The translations under genes and the position numbers were made by a program. The notes beneath the pieces are model-generated. The model was not told the origin of the DNA, ran no database searches, and worked only from the letters and a program-made list of their open reading frames with translations. DNA of 64,000 bases from Eledone cirrhosa (Eukaryota), in contig OZ024743.1 of NCBI GenBank assembly GCA_964016885.1, forward strand, positions 219,852,001-219,916,000, given 5' to 3'. Below, in pieces: positions 29,001 to 42,000 of the stretch. Each line of letters starts with the position of its first letter. The stretch's first letter is position 1.

Positions 29001-29432
29001 CCCTCGAAGAAGATCTGTCCGAGATGCGTGCGTGACGAGGAAACCGTCGCGCACGCATTCGTACACTGCCCGGGCGTTGCTGACCTGTGGGGCTATGTGG
29101 AACGACTACTGTCGCGGGTGGGACCAATCCGGTTGACCACCGAGTACATTGTCACGATCAAACCGCCTCCCCCTTTCAAAAACGAAGGAGAGGCGGTTTT
29201 CCTCTGTGTGATAGCTATGGCGAAAGAGGTTGTATGGTGGACGAGGTTGAAAGGGCTGAGGTCAGACACTTTTCTCTCCGGCCAACAACTGGTCCTTTTT
29301 TTCAAGTACCATTTTAGAAGAAGGATTAGAATGGAGAGAGAGGTGCCCTACCCCAGCAAGTTTTATGAAAGGTGGGTGAAAGTGGCGAGAATGGCCCGAG
29401 TGAATGGGCCTTCTCTCTATATCAGCCTGTAG
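26068..29432 (+). pseudogene. Tx1 family A ORF2 (APE endonuclease + reverse transcriptase), multiple frameshifts and stops
   Basis: LNVRGL, GDWN, YLDRF, SDHK, KSPGLD, FRPITLLN, KAFDRVDH, HGCPLS, YADD, ETVAHAFVHC in successive frames. Confidence 0.93.
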
Positions 29433-29694
29433 GTGAGAGAGGAGAAGAAAGAGGAGAAGAAGGGAGCACCCGCTCTTTGTGCTCCTGAGGAGGAGGGTTA
29501 CACATTTTCTTCGGGTGTGTGTGCGACCCACGTCAACTCCCCCGCCCTATTGAGGACTTCGATTGTTAAATTTAATTTGTTATATGTTTTTACACGTCCT
29601 TTGAAATGTATGTAATCCCCCACTTGTATTTGTCCCAATCTTTGAAGCCCTGGTGGCAAATAAATAGAAAGTTATCTATCTATCTATCTATCCA

Positions 29695-30872
29695 TCTGCT
29701 GAGATCCATCTACTGTCAACACCCTTCTAACGGAGGGCTGGGTATGCCGTGGCTGATGATGCGTTAATACGCGCTGAGGCTACGCCATCTCCAGGTATTC
29801 CTGACCGGTGAACCGGTGTGGCTGCTGTTTGTGAGACAAGCTCTTCCACAACTCGTTTCGCTAACAGAGCTGCAGTCCTGGGTCAAGCGAAGGCCGAAAA
29901 TGGGTGCCTGGCACCTCGAGTGCCTACAGGCGCTCACAGCCCTCTACCAAGCGGAAACGGCAATCAGCGGAGACTCCACTTCGACATTCTATAGGGGATT
30001 AGTGGAGGATAAGTGCGACGACGTTCTCGGGGAAACTCTAGGCATCGAGGAGGACGAACTGATCAGTCTGTTCGGGAGGACTTTCCGTCCAGGGCCTATG
30101 GATAACTTCCAGAGGTCTCTGGACTGGCAGTGCTACCGAGGAGCTCTACCAGTTCGAGACAAAATCTACAGGCACGGACGCCCTGGCAGAGGTCCTGCCA
30201 AAAGGACCTGTCCAAGATGCGAGCAGGACATCGAAACCGTTCTGCATGCAATTGTTCAGTGCCCAGGGGTGACCGACCTGTGGAATTATGTCGAACATCT
30301 ACTGTCACATGTGGGACGCATACACTGGTCAGCCGAGTCCATCGTGAGGATCACCACGCCGCCTTCATTTAAGAATGAAGGAGAGGCGGTCTTCCTCTGT
30401 CTGGTGGCTATGGCGAAAGAGGTACTATGGTGGACGAGGTTGAAAGGACTGAGGGCAAACACCTTTCTCTCCGTTCAACAACTTAGCCCCTTCTTTAAGT
30501 ACCACTTCAGAAGGAAGGTGAGAGTGGAGAGAGAGGTGCTACACCCCAGTAAATTCGCTGAAAGGTGGGTAAATGTGGCGAAAATGGCCCGAGTGAATGG
30601 GCCTACTCTGTATATAAACCTGTAGGTTGAGGAAAATAAACAGAGAGAAGACGGGAACACCTACAAAACATATTCCTGGTGTTGAGGGTTGTTCTATCCA
30701 CGGGGTATAAAACTACCCCGCAGTAACGTTACCCCCGCCCAATGGGGATTTCAATTGTTTTATTTTTATATAGTTTATTGTTATTTATCATTGTTAAAGA
30801 TTTTATGTAAAACCCCGCCGCCACGTCTTGTAATGTCCCATTTTTGTACGCCCCTGTGGCAAATAAAGAAAG
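29695..30872 (+). mobile_element. 5'-truncated Tx1 family A-related copy in tandem
   Basis: ORF 29816-30625 is the ORF2 C-terminus (CPRC..ETVLHAIVQC). Starts in the (CTAT)n tail of the previous copy and ends AATAAAGAAAGTTATCTATCTAT. Confidence 0.92.
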
Positions 30873-30929
30873 TTATCTATCTATCTGTCTGTCCGTCTGT
30901 CTACCTACACACATACATACGCACATACA

Positions 30930-31031
<102 letters not shown>

Positions 31032-31047
31032 ACACACACACACACAT

Positions 31048-31100
<53 letters not shown>

Positions 31101-31679
31101 TGGATTTATAAACTGGAGAAAGATGACTCTACGGAAAACATTAAGTATGCATGTACGTAGGTATGTACGTATGCAAGCATGTGCATATGAACGTATGTGT
31201 GTATATATGTATGTATGTACGAATATATGTATGTATGTACGAACGTAAGCATGTATGTATGTAAGTATGTATATATGTATGTACGAACGTACACACGTAT
31301 GTACGTATGTACGTATGTATGTACGTATGTTCGAACGTAAGCATATATATATTTTTGTATGTATGTATATACGTGTGTATGTATGTATGTATGTATGTAT
31401 GTATGTATGTATGTATGTATGTATGTATTTATGTATGTTTGTTTGTGTGTTTTTTTGTTTTTTTAACGTTTGACGCCGCTGGTGTTGTTGTAAATGTTCA
31501 TTTCAATTCATTCTGAAGCTGTTGTTGCTGTAAACATTTAACAAATGGCCATTTAACAAATAACAAAACACACACACGCACACAACACAACAACATCAAC
31601 TGCCACCACCACCATCACCGCCGCCATCACCATCACCAGCGACCGAGCCTTAAGAAAACAACTTTAATAATAATAATTT

Positions 31680-31830
31680 TTCTGCTTTTGGCACGGATCA
31701 AGCGACTGGTCCAGCGCATTACTGGTACTCTCTTTTGTTGACTCCGTGGGGATGAAAGGCAAGGTTGACCTCGGCGGGATTTAAGCTCAGAGCGTGGAGA
31801 GCCATAACTCTATGCTGTAAAGCAATTATA
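31680..31830 (-). mobile_element. SINE copy (Deu/Nin-like core)
   Basis: GGATGAAAGGCAAGGTTGACCTCGGCGGGATTTAAGCTCAG on the plus strand. Confidence 0.8.
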
Positions 31831-31954
31831 ATAATACTGGACTGTAATACGAACGGCTTCAACTATACAAACTCTTGAAAGTCAACAGTTGACATAATCT
31901 TGTAATATTGTATCAGTAATGACGGTAATATATATATATATATATATATATACA

Positions 31955-31991
<37 letters not shown>

Positions 31992-32139
31992 GTGAGTAGC
32001 GTGTGTGTGTTTGTTTGTATGTATGAGTGTTGCTGTGTGTGCGCGCGTATGTATGCGTGTGTGTGCGCGCATATGTATGCGCGTGTGTGTATGTCGTACG
32101 TATAAGTGTCAATAAGTGAGTTTTTTTCGTTTTTTTTTG

Positions 32140-35100
32140 TGCGGGGACATAGAAATAATCGGGCTGGATGCCCGATCGCGCAGTTAAACCACTGGGAGTG
32201 ATGAACCCCTAGCCCTTGTCAGGGCATTCTTCTAGGAGAAGGCATCTCAGGAAACTGGGTTAACTCCGACATAAAACCTGCGGCTCAGTAGTTACCGATG
32301 ATGTTGGTCTCTTCTTTTCGGGTTATAGCTACTGTCGCTCAGAGAGTGGGATTGGCTCAGTGCACAGTCTTTCCTCACTTTAAAAATATTCGTCACGCAC
32401 AGGCATTGCACGAGTGCATTAATAATTATTAATAGTGTACTATTATTATTATTATTATTGTTACTATTATTATTACTTTTTTTTTTTTTTTTAAATTCAA
32501 TGATGTTCCAGAACAATATAAAAGAGATAATTGGCAATTTAGGTTCTGGAACAAAAAAGATAATTGGCAATAAGGGCAGGGGCCCCAGGATATCACAGCC
32601 TGGGCCCGCTCGTCCTCGTGCCATTGTAATAGAGCCAAACAAGGCATTTAGTCTTGGCTGCTGGAACGTACGGACGCTGATTGACAGGGATTCATTGGAG
32701 CGTCCTGAACGAAGGACCGCTCTTGTTGCAAAGGAGCTTCGACGTTACGATCTTGACATCGTGGCTTTATCTGAGACGAGGTTAGCTGGAGATGGTCATC
32801 TTACAGAATTTTGTGGAGAATATACATTCTTCTGGAAAGGAAGAGATGAAGGAACCAGAAGAGAGACTGGGGTAGGATTTGCTGTTAAGACTGTACTTGT
32901 GAATAAATTAGAAGAATTCCCAGTAGGGATTAGTGAGCGTCTTATGTCCATGAGAATTCCGCTGGACAAAGGAAGATATGCGACCCTGGTGAGTGTGTAT
33001 GCTCCAACTATGAATTCTGTCGATGAAGAAAAAGTGTCCTTTTACCATGCCTTGAAAGGTGTTTTAAGAAATATCCCTCAGGCAGACAAAGTCATCGTGC
33101 TTGGTGACTTTAATGCTAGAGTGGGTAGGGATTTTAACACATGGAATGTAATCGGAAGGCATGGGGTGGGAAAGTGTAACAACAATGGTATGCTCCTGCT
33201 GCAGATGTGTGAGGAGCTGGATCTGTGTGTTACCAACACCATGTTCCCACAAAAGAACAAATTCAAGACCACATGGATGCATCCTGCATCTAAAGAATGG
33301 CATCTTTTGGACTACGTCCTAGTCAGGATGCGTGACAGACAGGATGTGCAGTGTGTTCGTGCTCTTCGTGGAGCTGAGTGCTGGACGGATCATCGCCTGG
33401 TACGCGCAAAAGTGAAACTAATCACTAAACGTAAAATCCTGCCCAAAAGATTGAATGCTGCTCGTCTTAAGGATAAAAATGTGAAGAGGACATTGGAAGA
33501 ATAGATGCAGGCTGCAGATCTTGGTGAGGATTGGCCGACCCTTAAATAGTCGGTTTATGATGTAGGCAGGCGTGTTCTGGGATTGGTGCAGAGAAAACAT
33601 CAGGACTGGTTTAATGAGAATGATGTACATATAGAAGACTTGTTGGCTGATAAGAGGCGTGCTCTGTCACGCTACTTGACGGCAAAACCACAGGAGAGGA
33701 ATACGTTGCACGAGGAACTCAAGGATGTAAAATCACGTGTTAGGCGGAGTCTTTCTCAGATGAAGGATCAGGGGTGGAGTGAGAAGGCTGGTGAGATACA
33801 AACTGCGTCAGATTCCAATAACACAAAGCTGTTGTACAGTCTCTTGTGTGAGGTTTATGGACCGTCTTCTTCTCTGGTGACACCGCTTCGCAGCAAGGAT
33901 GGCAAAGAACTTCTTCGTGACTCACAAGGAATTCTACGAAGGTGGCGAGAGCACTTTGATGATCTTTTGAATCAGTCGTCTGTCGTCAGTGAAGATTTCC
34001 TCAATCTCATTCCAGAGAGTCCTGTGAAAGTAGCTCTCGCAGAACCTCCGACGCTCGTGGAGGTTGCAGTGGCTATTTCGAAGCTGAACAGTGGAAGATC
34101 TCCAGGTATGGATGGCATACATGCTGAGCTCCTACAATATGGTGGTGAGAGACTCCTGCAACGTCTTCACTCTTTGTTTGGCAGGATATGGGCTAATGAA
34201 TCCGTACCCGAGGACTGGAGAGATGCAGTAATGGTGGTCTTGTACAAGGGAAAGGGTAACAGGAATGATTGTGGGAACTACAGAGGTATATCATTGTTTC
34301 TGTCGTAGGGAAAGTTTTATGTAGGGTGCTTCTGGACCGTCTGCTGACACACATTGCAGATCGTGTTCTTCCTGAAAGTCAATCTGGTTTTCGTGCTGGA
34401 CGCGGCACTACTGATATGATCTTCTCAGCTAGACAGCTCCAGGAGAAGTGCATGGAACAAGGCTTGGATCTGTATCAGGTTTTTGTCGATCTGACAAAAG
34501 CTTTCGATACTGTTAACAGAGATGCATTATGGAAGGTTCTCCAGAAACTTGGTTGCCCTGATAAGTTCCTTGCTTTAGTTAGGTCTTTCCATGACGACAT
34601 GAAGGCTTGGGTTAATGTCGGAGGTAACATGTCGGAGCCTATCTCAGTAAAAAATGGAGTGAAACAGGGGGATATTCCAGCACCGACCCTGTTTGCCATA
34701 TACTTTGCAATGGTTTTCTGTATTGCGAGCATGGTGTTTACATCCGATATCGAACCTCAGGCAGCATATTTAACATCAAGCGCTTTGCTGCAAAGACAAA
34801 AGTATTTACATCAATCATAAGAGACCTCTTATATGCAGATGATTGCGATCTTGTAGCGCACACAGAGAGTGATATACAGCACATTTTGAATGCATTTTCT
34901 GACGCTTGCACTGCCCTAGGATTGACTGTCAGTCTCAAGAAAACCGTCGTCATGTACCAACCTGCCCCTGGTAAGCAGTACACTGAACCAAACATCTATG
35001 TTTATGGTAAACAACTTGGAGTGGTTGATCAGTTTGTCTACCTGGGAAGCACTGTCAATCGATACAGCAACCTTGACAGTGAAATCTCACTTAGGATTAG

Positions 35101-36188
35101 GAAAGCAAGTGTTGCTTTCAGAAAGCTAAAAAGGCGACTCTGGGGTCGGCGAGACATATGCAGGAGGACAAAGGTAAAGGTGTACAGGGCATGTGTGCTC
35201 TCTTGTCTTCTTTATGCCTGCGAGACCTGGGTCACATATCGACACCACCTTAAGCAATTGGAGCGTTTCCATCAGATGTGTCTCAGACGGATCCACGGCG
35301 TTCACTGGAGGGACCACATCAGTGATGTCGAGATTTTGGAAAGCTCTATGTGTGACAGTATAGAAGCTCTTGTGCTTAAGCAACGACTCCGTTGGAGTGG
35401 TCACCTTGCCAGGATGAAGGATTCTCGAATACCAAAACAATTCTTTTATGGAGAGTTGGTTAAAGGAAAACGACCGCCACATAAACCAAAAAAGAGGTAT
35501 AAGGATTCCTTGAAAGCCTCTCTGAAAGACGCTAACATCTCTGCTGATACATGCGAAAATATTGCTGCTGATCGTAATAAATGGAGAAAGACTGTATATG
35601 AGGGAAAAGTTGCCTTTGAGGCATCTCGAATCGCATACGAGAAAGTAAAGCGGGATGTGAGGAAGGGCATTGCTGTTGCACTTCCAGACGGCGAGGGTCC
35701 TCCTATGGTGCTGACATGCAACGTCTGTGCGAGACTCTGCTTAAGCAAAGCTGGACTCGAAAGTCATCTTCGCAGTCATAAAGTAAGACCAGTGGTTGAC
35801 TACCAGGCTGCTGTTGGAGATGCTACTCATCATGCTTGCCAAACATGTGGTAGAGAATGTAAATCAGCAGGAGGGCTCAAGCGACATGCAAAAGTACACG
35901 AACTCCAACCACAGCCGACTATTCCCAGTAAATGTTTTGGTTGCCGACTCTGTGCAAGACATTTTAGATCATTGGCTGGGCTAAAAAGCCACATTCGATC
36001 GCAGCGTTGTTAGTTGCTATCGTGTGTGTGTGTGTGTATAGATATGTTGATGTGTGTGCGTGTATGTGTATATATATATGTATATGTATATTATTATTGT
36101 TGTTGTCGTTATTATTATTGTTATTATTATTATTATTATTGTTATTAATATATGTGTGTGTGTGTATGTATGTGTGTGTATGTGTGTA

Positions 36189-36257
<69 letters not shown>

Positions 36258-36356
36258 CTTTTTTATTTTAATTTTATTTTTTATTTATTTATTAATTTTA
36301 TTTTTTTTCTCCTCGTGCAATGGCCATACTCGATAACGAGGGGGCAGCCATCATCA
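32140..36356 (+). mobile_element. RTE-clade LINE copy 2, full-length, disabled
   Basis: 5'UTR, single disrupted ORF, microsatellite-filled 3'UTR, terminal TACTCGATAACGAG motif, (TATG)n tail at 36357-36440. Confidence 0.95.
32500..36013 (+). pseudogene. RTE ORF: APE endonuclease, RT, three C2H2-type fingers; stops at 33502 and 33547, frameshifts near 34295 and 34725
   Basis: WNVRTL, LSETR, VYAPT, GDFNARVG, LLDYVL, TDHRLV, ESQSGFR, DLTKAFD, GVKQGD, YADD, LRWSGH. Confidence 0.95.
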
Positions 36357-36440
36357 TGTATGTATGTATGTATGTATGTATGTATGTATGTATGTATGTA
36401 TGTATGTATGTATGTATGTATGTATGTATGTATGAATGTA

Positions 36441-37075
36441 TGTCACCAGTTGGTGCTACTGGTAACATGTATCCCAGTACAACCTGTCTCATGGTCGGGT
36501 TGTTGGCGACTAAACTGGCAACTCCACTAAGGTTTCTTGGTGAGGAGGGGACTTTGGACATCTTGCAGGACTAAAAACAAAACCTGACAAAGACCAAAGG
36601 AGCTCTTAAGAGTCAATGGCCATCCAAAATCACCGGGAGAGATGACGCCTTAGCCTTTGTCAAGGCAGAATTCTTGGAGAAGGAAAACTCTGATATAACA
36701 CCTGCAACCCTGATGGTATCCAATGATGTTGACTTGTTCTTCTTTTTGGTAAATATCATCTTGGTTCAGAGAGTGGGACTGGCTTTGTGCAGTGCCTTTG
36801 CTCACTATAAAAGCTTCACGGCACAGACATTGCTTTATATATGGAGATCTCTGACTTGTCGTCACATGGTAGCATGGGCTAAGCACTATGTATCAATAAT
36901 TGTCACAGGTGTAGTGTTTGTACCAGAGTTTTCAAGTCACTGGCTGGACTAAAAAGTCACGCTCGTTCAGCGCATCGGTAGGGGTTCTCCTACATGGATA
37001 TAAAGTAGTGGCCGTACTCGAAAACGAGTTGGCAGCCACCATATATATATATGTATGTACGTATGTACGTATGTA
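36441..37075 (+). mobile_element. Second bipartite non-autonomous RTE-related element
   Basis: 36650-36833 is homologous to the RTE 5'UTR (TAGCC.TTGTCA..GGAGAAGG..AACTC.GA.ATAA.ACCTGC..TCAGAGAGTGGGA.TGGCT). Ends TACTCGAAAACGAGTTGGCAGCCA plus a TATG tail. Confidence 0.75.
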
Positions 37076-37642
37076 TGCATTACATTTTATTCTATCAGTG
37101 CATGTCAAGAGGTAGCTGGACTGAAATTTGAGAAAGGTGTTGTTGATAGTGGTTATTATATATGTAGTGGAGTGATGTGTTTTATAAGCCTCTATTTATG
37201 TATTTATATTTGTACATACTACGTTGTATGTCTGTGTAATTATGTATCTAAAAGTTCAAGATTCCTTCTTTTTTTATTTTTTTATAGCTATATAGCTATC
37301 GTTACACGGACAAGAATAAAGAATATAATAAAACACAAAAAGATACATAAAGGCAAAACAAAATCGAAGCCGATAATTAATAAATGGAAAAGACCTTTCA
37401 TTTCTTTTATTCATCATTGTTGTTATTATTTCTATTATTGTTATCATATTGTTATCAATGTTATTGTTATTGTTGCTCTTGTTATTGATATTGGTATTTT
37501 CTTATGTTTTTTTTGGCGGGGTTCGTTTTTATGGTTTACTTTTTAGTTCACGCTAGGTGTTTCCGGAAGTTAAAGAGCGGGTCTAGCAATTTCATTGTGC
37601 CTGAAAGATTTTTGTGAGTGTGATACTCTGGATCCGGGTTTT

Positions 37643-37701
<59 letters not shown>

Positions 37702-37718
37702 TATATATATATATACCC

Positions 37719-37794
<76 letters not shown>

Positions 37795-38039
37795 CGACCC
37801 CTTCCCTCTCCCATTACTTCCTTTAGTTTAATCAAGTTTGTCACAATCTCCAGCACGCCGTCTCTCTCTATTGATGCAGTCACGGCACGCTCACCGAACA
37901 GAAGCGCCATCTATTAATTAGGCCGCATGCGGACGTTCTGTGAGCCATCTTGAAACACACTCATTAAGACACCTCGGTAAAAGCGCGCAAAACGGCTTTA
38001 CATTATCGCTGCCATGTTGTCGGTGTCAAATAGAGACAT

Positions 38040-40200
38040 GTGCTGGCGGTGTTGGAGATGTTTATGATGGTGTTGGTGGTGTTGCAGGTGTTGGTGGTGT
38101 TGCTGGTGTTGCTGGTGGTGATGGTAGTGCTGATGGTGTTGGTGGTTTTGGTGGTGGTGATGGAGGTGTTGGAGATGTTTATGGTGGTGCTGGTAGTGCT
38201 GGCGGTGTTGGTGGTGGTGACGGTGGTTTTGGTAGTGTCAATGGTTGTGATGATTGTTGTTGTTATTGGTCGTGTTCGTTGTGATGGTTGTTGTTGCTTT
38301 TGTTGTTGTTGTTATTGGTTGTGTTTGTTGGGATGTTGTTGTTGTTGTTGTTGTTATTGGTGGTGTTTGCTGTGGTGGTTGTTGTTGCTGTTAATGTTGT
38401 TATTGGTCGTGTTTGTTGTGATGGTTGTTGTTGCTGTTGTTGTTGTTATTGGTTGTGTTTGCTGAGATGTTGTTGTTGTTGTTGTTGTTGTTATTGGTCG
38501 TGTTTGTTGAGATGTTATTGTTGTTGTTGTTGTTATTGGTCGTATTTGTTGTGATGGTTGTTGTTGCTGTTGTTGTTATTGATCGTGTTTGTTGTGATGG
38601 CTGTTGTTGTTGTTGTTGTTGTTATTGGTCGTGTTTGTTGTGATGGTTGTTGTTGACGTTGTTGTTGTTATTGGTCGTGTTTGTTGTGATGGTTGTTGTT
38701 GTTGTTGTTGTCATTGGTCCTGTTTGTTGTGATGGTTGTTGTTGTTGTTATTGGTCGTGTTTGTTGTGATGGTGGTTGTTGTTGTTGTTATTGGTCGTGT
38801 TTGTTGTGATGGTTGTTGTTGTTGTTGTTATTGGTTGTGTTTGTTGTGATGGTTGTTGTTGTTGCTGTTGTTGTTGTTATTGGTCGTGTTTGTTGTGGTG
38901 GTTGTTGTTGTTATTGGTCGTGCTTGTTGTGATGGTTGTTGTTGTTGTTGTTGTTGTTGGTCGTGTTTGTTGTGATGGTTGTTGTTGTTGTTGTTATTGG
39001 TCGTGCTTGTTGTGATGGTTGTTGTTGATGTTGTTGTTATTGGTTATGTTTGTTGTGATGGTTGTCGTTGTTGCTGTTGTTGTTGTTATTGGTCGTGTTT
39101 GTTGTTTTGCTGTTGTTGTTGTTATTGGTTGTGTTTGTTGTGATGGCTGTTGTTGTTGTTGCTGTTGTTGTTGTTGTTATTGGTTGTGTCTGTTGTAATG
39201 GCTGTTGTTGTTGCTGTTGTTGTTGTTATTGGTTGTGTTTGTTGTGATGGCTGTTGTTGTTGCTGTTGTTGTTATTGGTTGTGTTTGTTGTGATGGCTGT
39301 TGTTGTTGCTGTTGTTGTTGTTATTGGTGGTGTTTGTTGTGATGGTTGTTGTTGTTGTTATTGGTGGTGTTTGTTGTGATGGTTGTTGCTGTTGATGTTG
39401 TTGTTGTTATTGGTCGTGTTTGTTGTGATGGCTGTTGTTTTGCTGTTGTTGTTGTTATTGGTTGTGTTTGTTGTGATGGCTGTTGTTGTTGTTGCTGTTG
39501 TTGTTGTTGTTATTGGTTGTGTCTGTTGCGATGGCTGTTGTTGTTGCTGTTGTTGTTTTTATTGGTTGTGTTTGTTGTGATGGCTGTTGTTGTTGCTGTT
39601 GTTGTTATTGGTTGTGTTTGTTGTGATGGCTGTTGTTGTTGCTGTTGTTGTTGTTATTGGTGGTGTTTGTTGTGATGGTTGTTGTTGTTGTTATTGGTGG
39701 TGTTTGTTGTGATGGTTGTTGTTGTTGCTGTTGTTGTTGTTATTGGTCGTGTTTGTTGTGATGGCTGTTGTTTTGCTGTTGTTGTTGTTATTGGTTGTGT
39801 TTGTTGTGATGGCTGTTGTTGTTGTTGCTGTTGTTGTTGTTGTTATTGGTTGTGTCTGTTGTGATGGCTGTTGTTGTTGCTGTTGTTGTTGTTATTGGTT
39901 GTGTTTGTTGTGATGGCTGTTGTTGTTGCTGTTGTTGTTGTTATTGGTGGTGTTTGTTGTGATGGCTGTTGTTGGTGCTGTTGTTGTTGTTATTGGTTGT
40001 GTTTGTTGTGATGGCTGTTGTTGTTGTTGCTGTTGTTGTTGTTGTTATTGGTTGTGTCTGTTGTGATGGCTGTTGTTGTTGCTGTTGTTGTTGTTATTGG
40101 TTGTGTTTGTTGTGATGGCTGTTGTTGTTGCTGTTGTTGTTGTTATTGGTGGTGTTTGTTGTGATGGCTGTTGTTGGTGCTGTTGTTGTTGTTATTGGTG
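38040..40200. repeat. (GTT)n-based minisatellite, unit about 30-42 bp, preceded by (GGT)-rich tract
   Basis: Unit GTTATTGGT(C/T/G)GTGTTTGTTGTGATGG(C/T)TGTT(GTT)n. Confidence 0.95.
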
Positions 40201-40429
40201 GTGATAATCCAATTCGTGTCAGATTATATAATTGTCGTCGTAGTTGTTGTTGTTGCCGTTATCATTATTATTGTTGTTGTTGTTGTTGTTATCACTATCT
40301 TTTTAGTTGGTGATGTTGTTGTTATTCTTATCAGTCTAATTCTTGTTGTAGTTGCTATTGTTGTCAGTTTAGTTGTTGATGTTGTTGTTGTTGGTGGTAG
40401 TGGTTGAGGTGGTATTGTTAGTGTTGATG

Positions 40430-42000
40430 GCGGTGATGATGATGTTGGCAGTGTAGGTGATGGTGATGTTGGCAGTGTAAGTGGTGGTGATGTTGGCAGT
40501 GTAGGCGGCAGTGATGGTGGTGGCAGTGTAGGTGGTGGTGATGCTGGCAGTGTAGGTGGTGGTGATGTTGGCAGTGTAGGTGGCAGTGTAAGTGGTGGTG
40601 GTGATGTTGGCAGTGTAGGTGGTGGTGATGTTGGTAGTGTAGGTGGTGGTGGTGATGTTGGCAGTGTAGGTGCTGGTGATGTTGGTAGTGTAGTTGGTGG
40701 TGGGGATGTTGGCTGTGTAGGGGGCAGTGTCGGTGGTGGTGATGTTGGCAGTGTAGGTGGTGGTGATGTTGGTATTGTAAGTGGTGGTGATGTTGGTATT
40801 GTAAGTGGTGGTGATGTTGGCAGTGTAGGTGGTGGTGATGTTGGTAGTGTAGCTGGTGGTGATGTTGGCAGTGTAGGTGGTGGGGATGTTGGCTGTGTAG
40901 GGGGCAGTGTAGCTGGTGGTGATGTTGGCAGTGTAGGTGGTGGAGGTGTTGACAGTGTAGGTGGTGGTGATGTTGACAGTGTAGGTGGTGGTGATGTTGG
41001 CAGAGTAGGTGGTGGGGATGTTGGCTGTGTAGGGGGCAGTGTAGCTGGTGGTGATGTTGGCAGTGTAGGTGGTGGAGGTGTTGACAGTGTAGGTGGTGGT
41101 GATGTTGACAGTGTAGGTGGTGGTGATGTTGGCAGTGTAAGTGGTGGTGGTGTTGACAGTGTAGGTGGTGGTGATTTTGGCAGTGTAGGTGGTGGTGATG
41201 TTGGCTGTGTAGGGGGCAGTGTAGGTGGTGGTGATGTTGGCAGTGTAGGTGGTGGTGATGTTGGTATTGTAAGTGGTGGTGATGTTGGCAGTGTACGTGG
41301 TGGTGATGTTGGTAGTGTAGGTGGTGGTGGTGTTGGCAGTGTACGTGGTGGTGATGTTGGCAGTGTAGGTGGTGGTGATGTTGGCAGTGTAGGGGGCAGT
41401 GTAGGTGGTGGTGATGTTGGCAGTGTAGGTGGTGGTGATGTTGGCAGTGTAGGTGGTGGTGATGTTGGCTGTGTAGGGGGCAGTGTAGGTGGTGGTGATG
41501 TTGGCAGTGTAGGTGGTGGTGATTTTGGCAGTGTAGGTGGTGGTGATGTTGGCTGTGTAGGGGGCAGTGTAGGTGGTGGTGATGTTGGCAGTGTAGGTGG
41601 TGGTTATGTTGGCAGTGTAGGTGGTGGTGGTGTTGGCAGTGTAGGTGGTGGGGATGTTGACTGTGTAGGTGGTGGTGATGTTGGCTGTGTAGGGGGCAGT
41701 GTAGGTGGTGGTGATGTTGGCTGTGTAGGAGGCAGTGTAGGTGGTGGGGATGTTGGCAGTGTACGTGGTGGTGGTGTTGGCAGTGCAGGTGGTGGGGATG
41801 TTGACTGTGTAGGTGGTGGGGATGTTGACTGTGTAGGTGGTGGTGATGTTGGCTGTGTAGGGGGCAGTGTAGGTGGTGGGGATGTTGACTGTGTAGGTGG
41901 TGGTGATGTTGGCTGTGTAGGGGGCAGTGTAGGTGGTGGTGATATTGGTGGTGATGTTGACAGTGTAGGTGGCAGTGCAGATGGTGGTGATGTTGATGTT
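40430..42000. repeat. 21-bp minisatellite with 33-bp variant
   Basis: Unit GGTGGTGATGTTGGCAGTGTA. Confidence 0.95.

Larger units (their letters stand above)
23999..29672 (+). mobile_element. Tx1/L1-clade non-LTR retrotransposon, family A, near full-length, disabled
   Basis: ORF1 with CCHC knuckle; ORF2 with APE, RT and Cys-rich C-terminus; AATAAA end. (CTAT)n on both flanks. Confidence 0.93.

Noticed and set aside
36441-36530. HDV-like ribozyme at the 5' end of the RTE-related element
   Set aside because: Hairpins are present, but I could not assign P1/P1.1/P2/P3 by eye; needs an RNArobo or Infernal search.
38288-40313. Cys-rich or hydrophobic ORFs (metallothionein- or membrane-protein-like)
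   Set aside because: Frames of a (GTT)n minisatellite with frequent frame changes.
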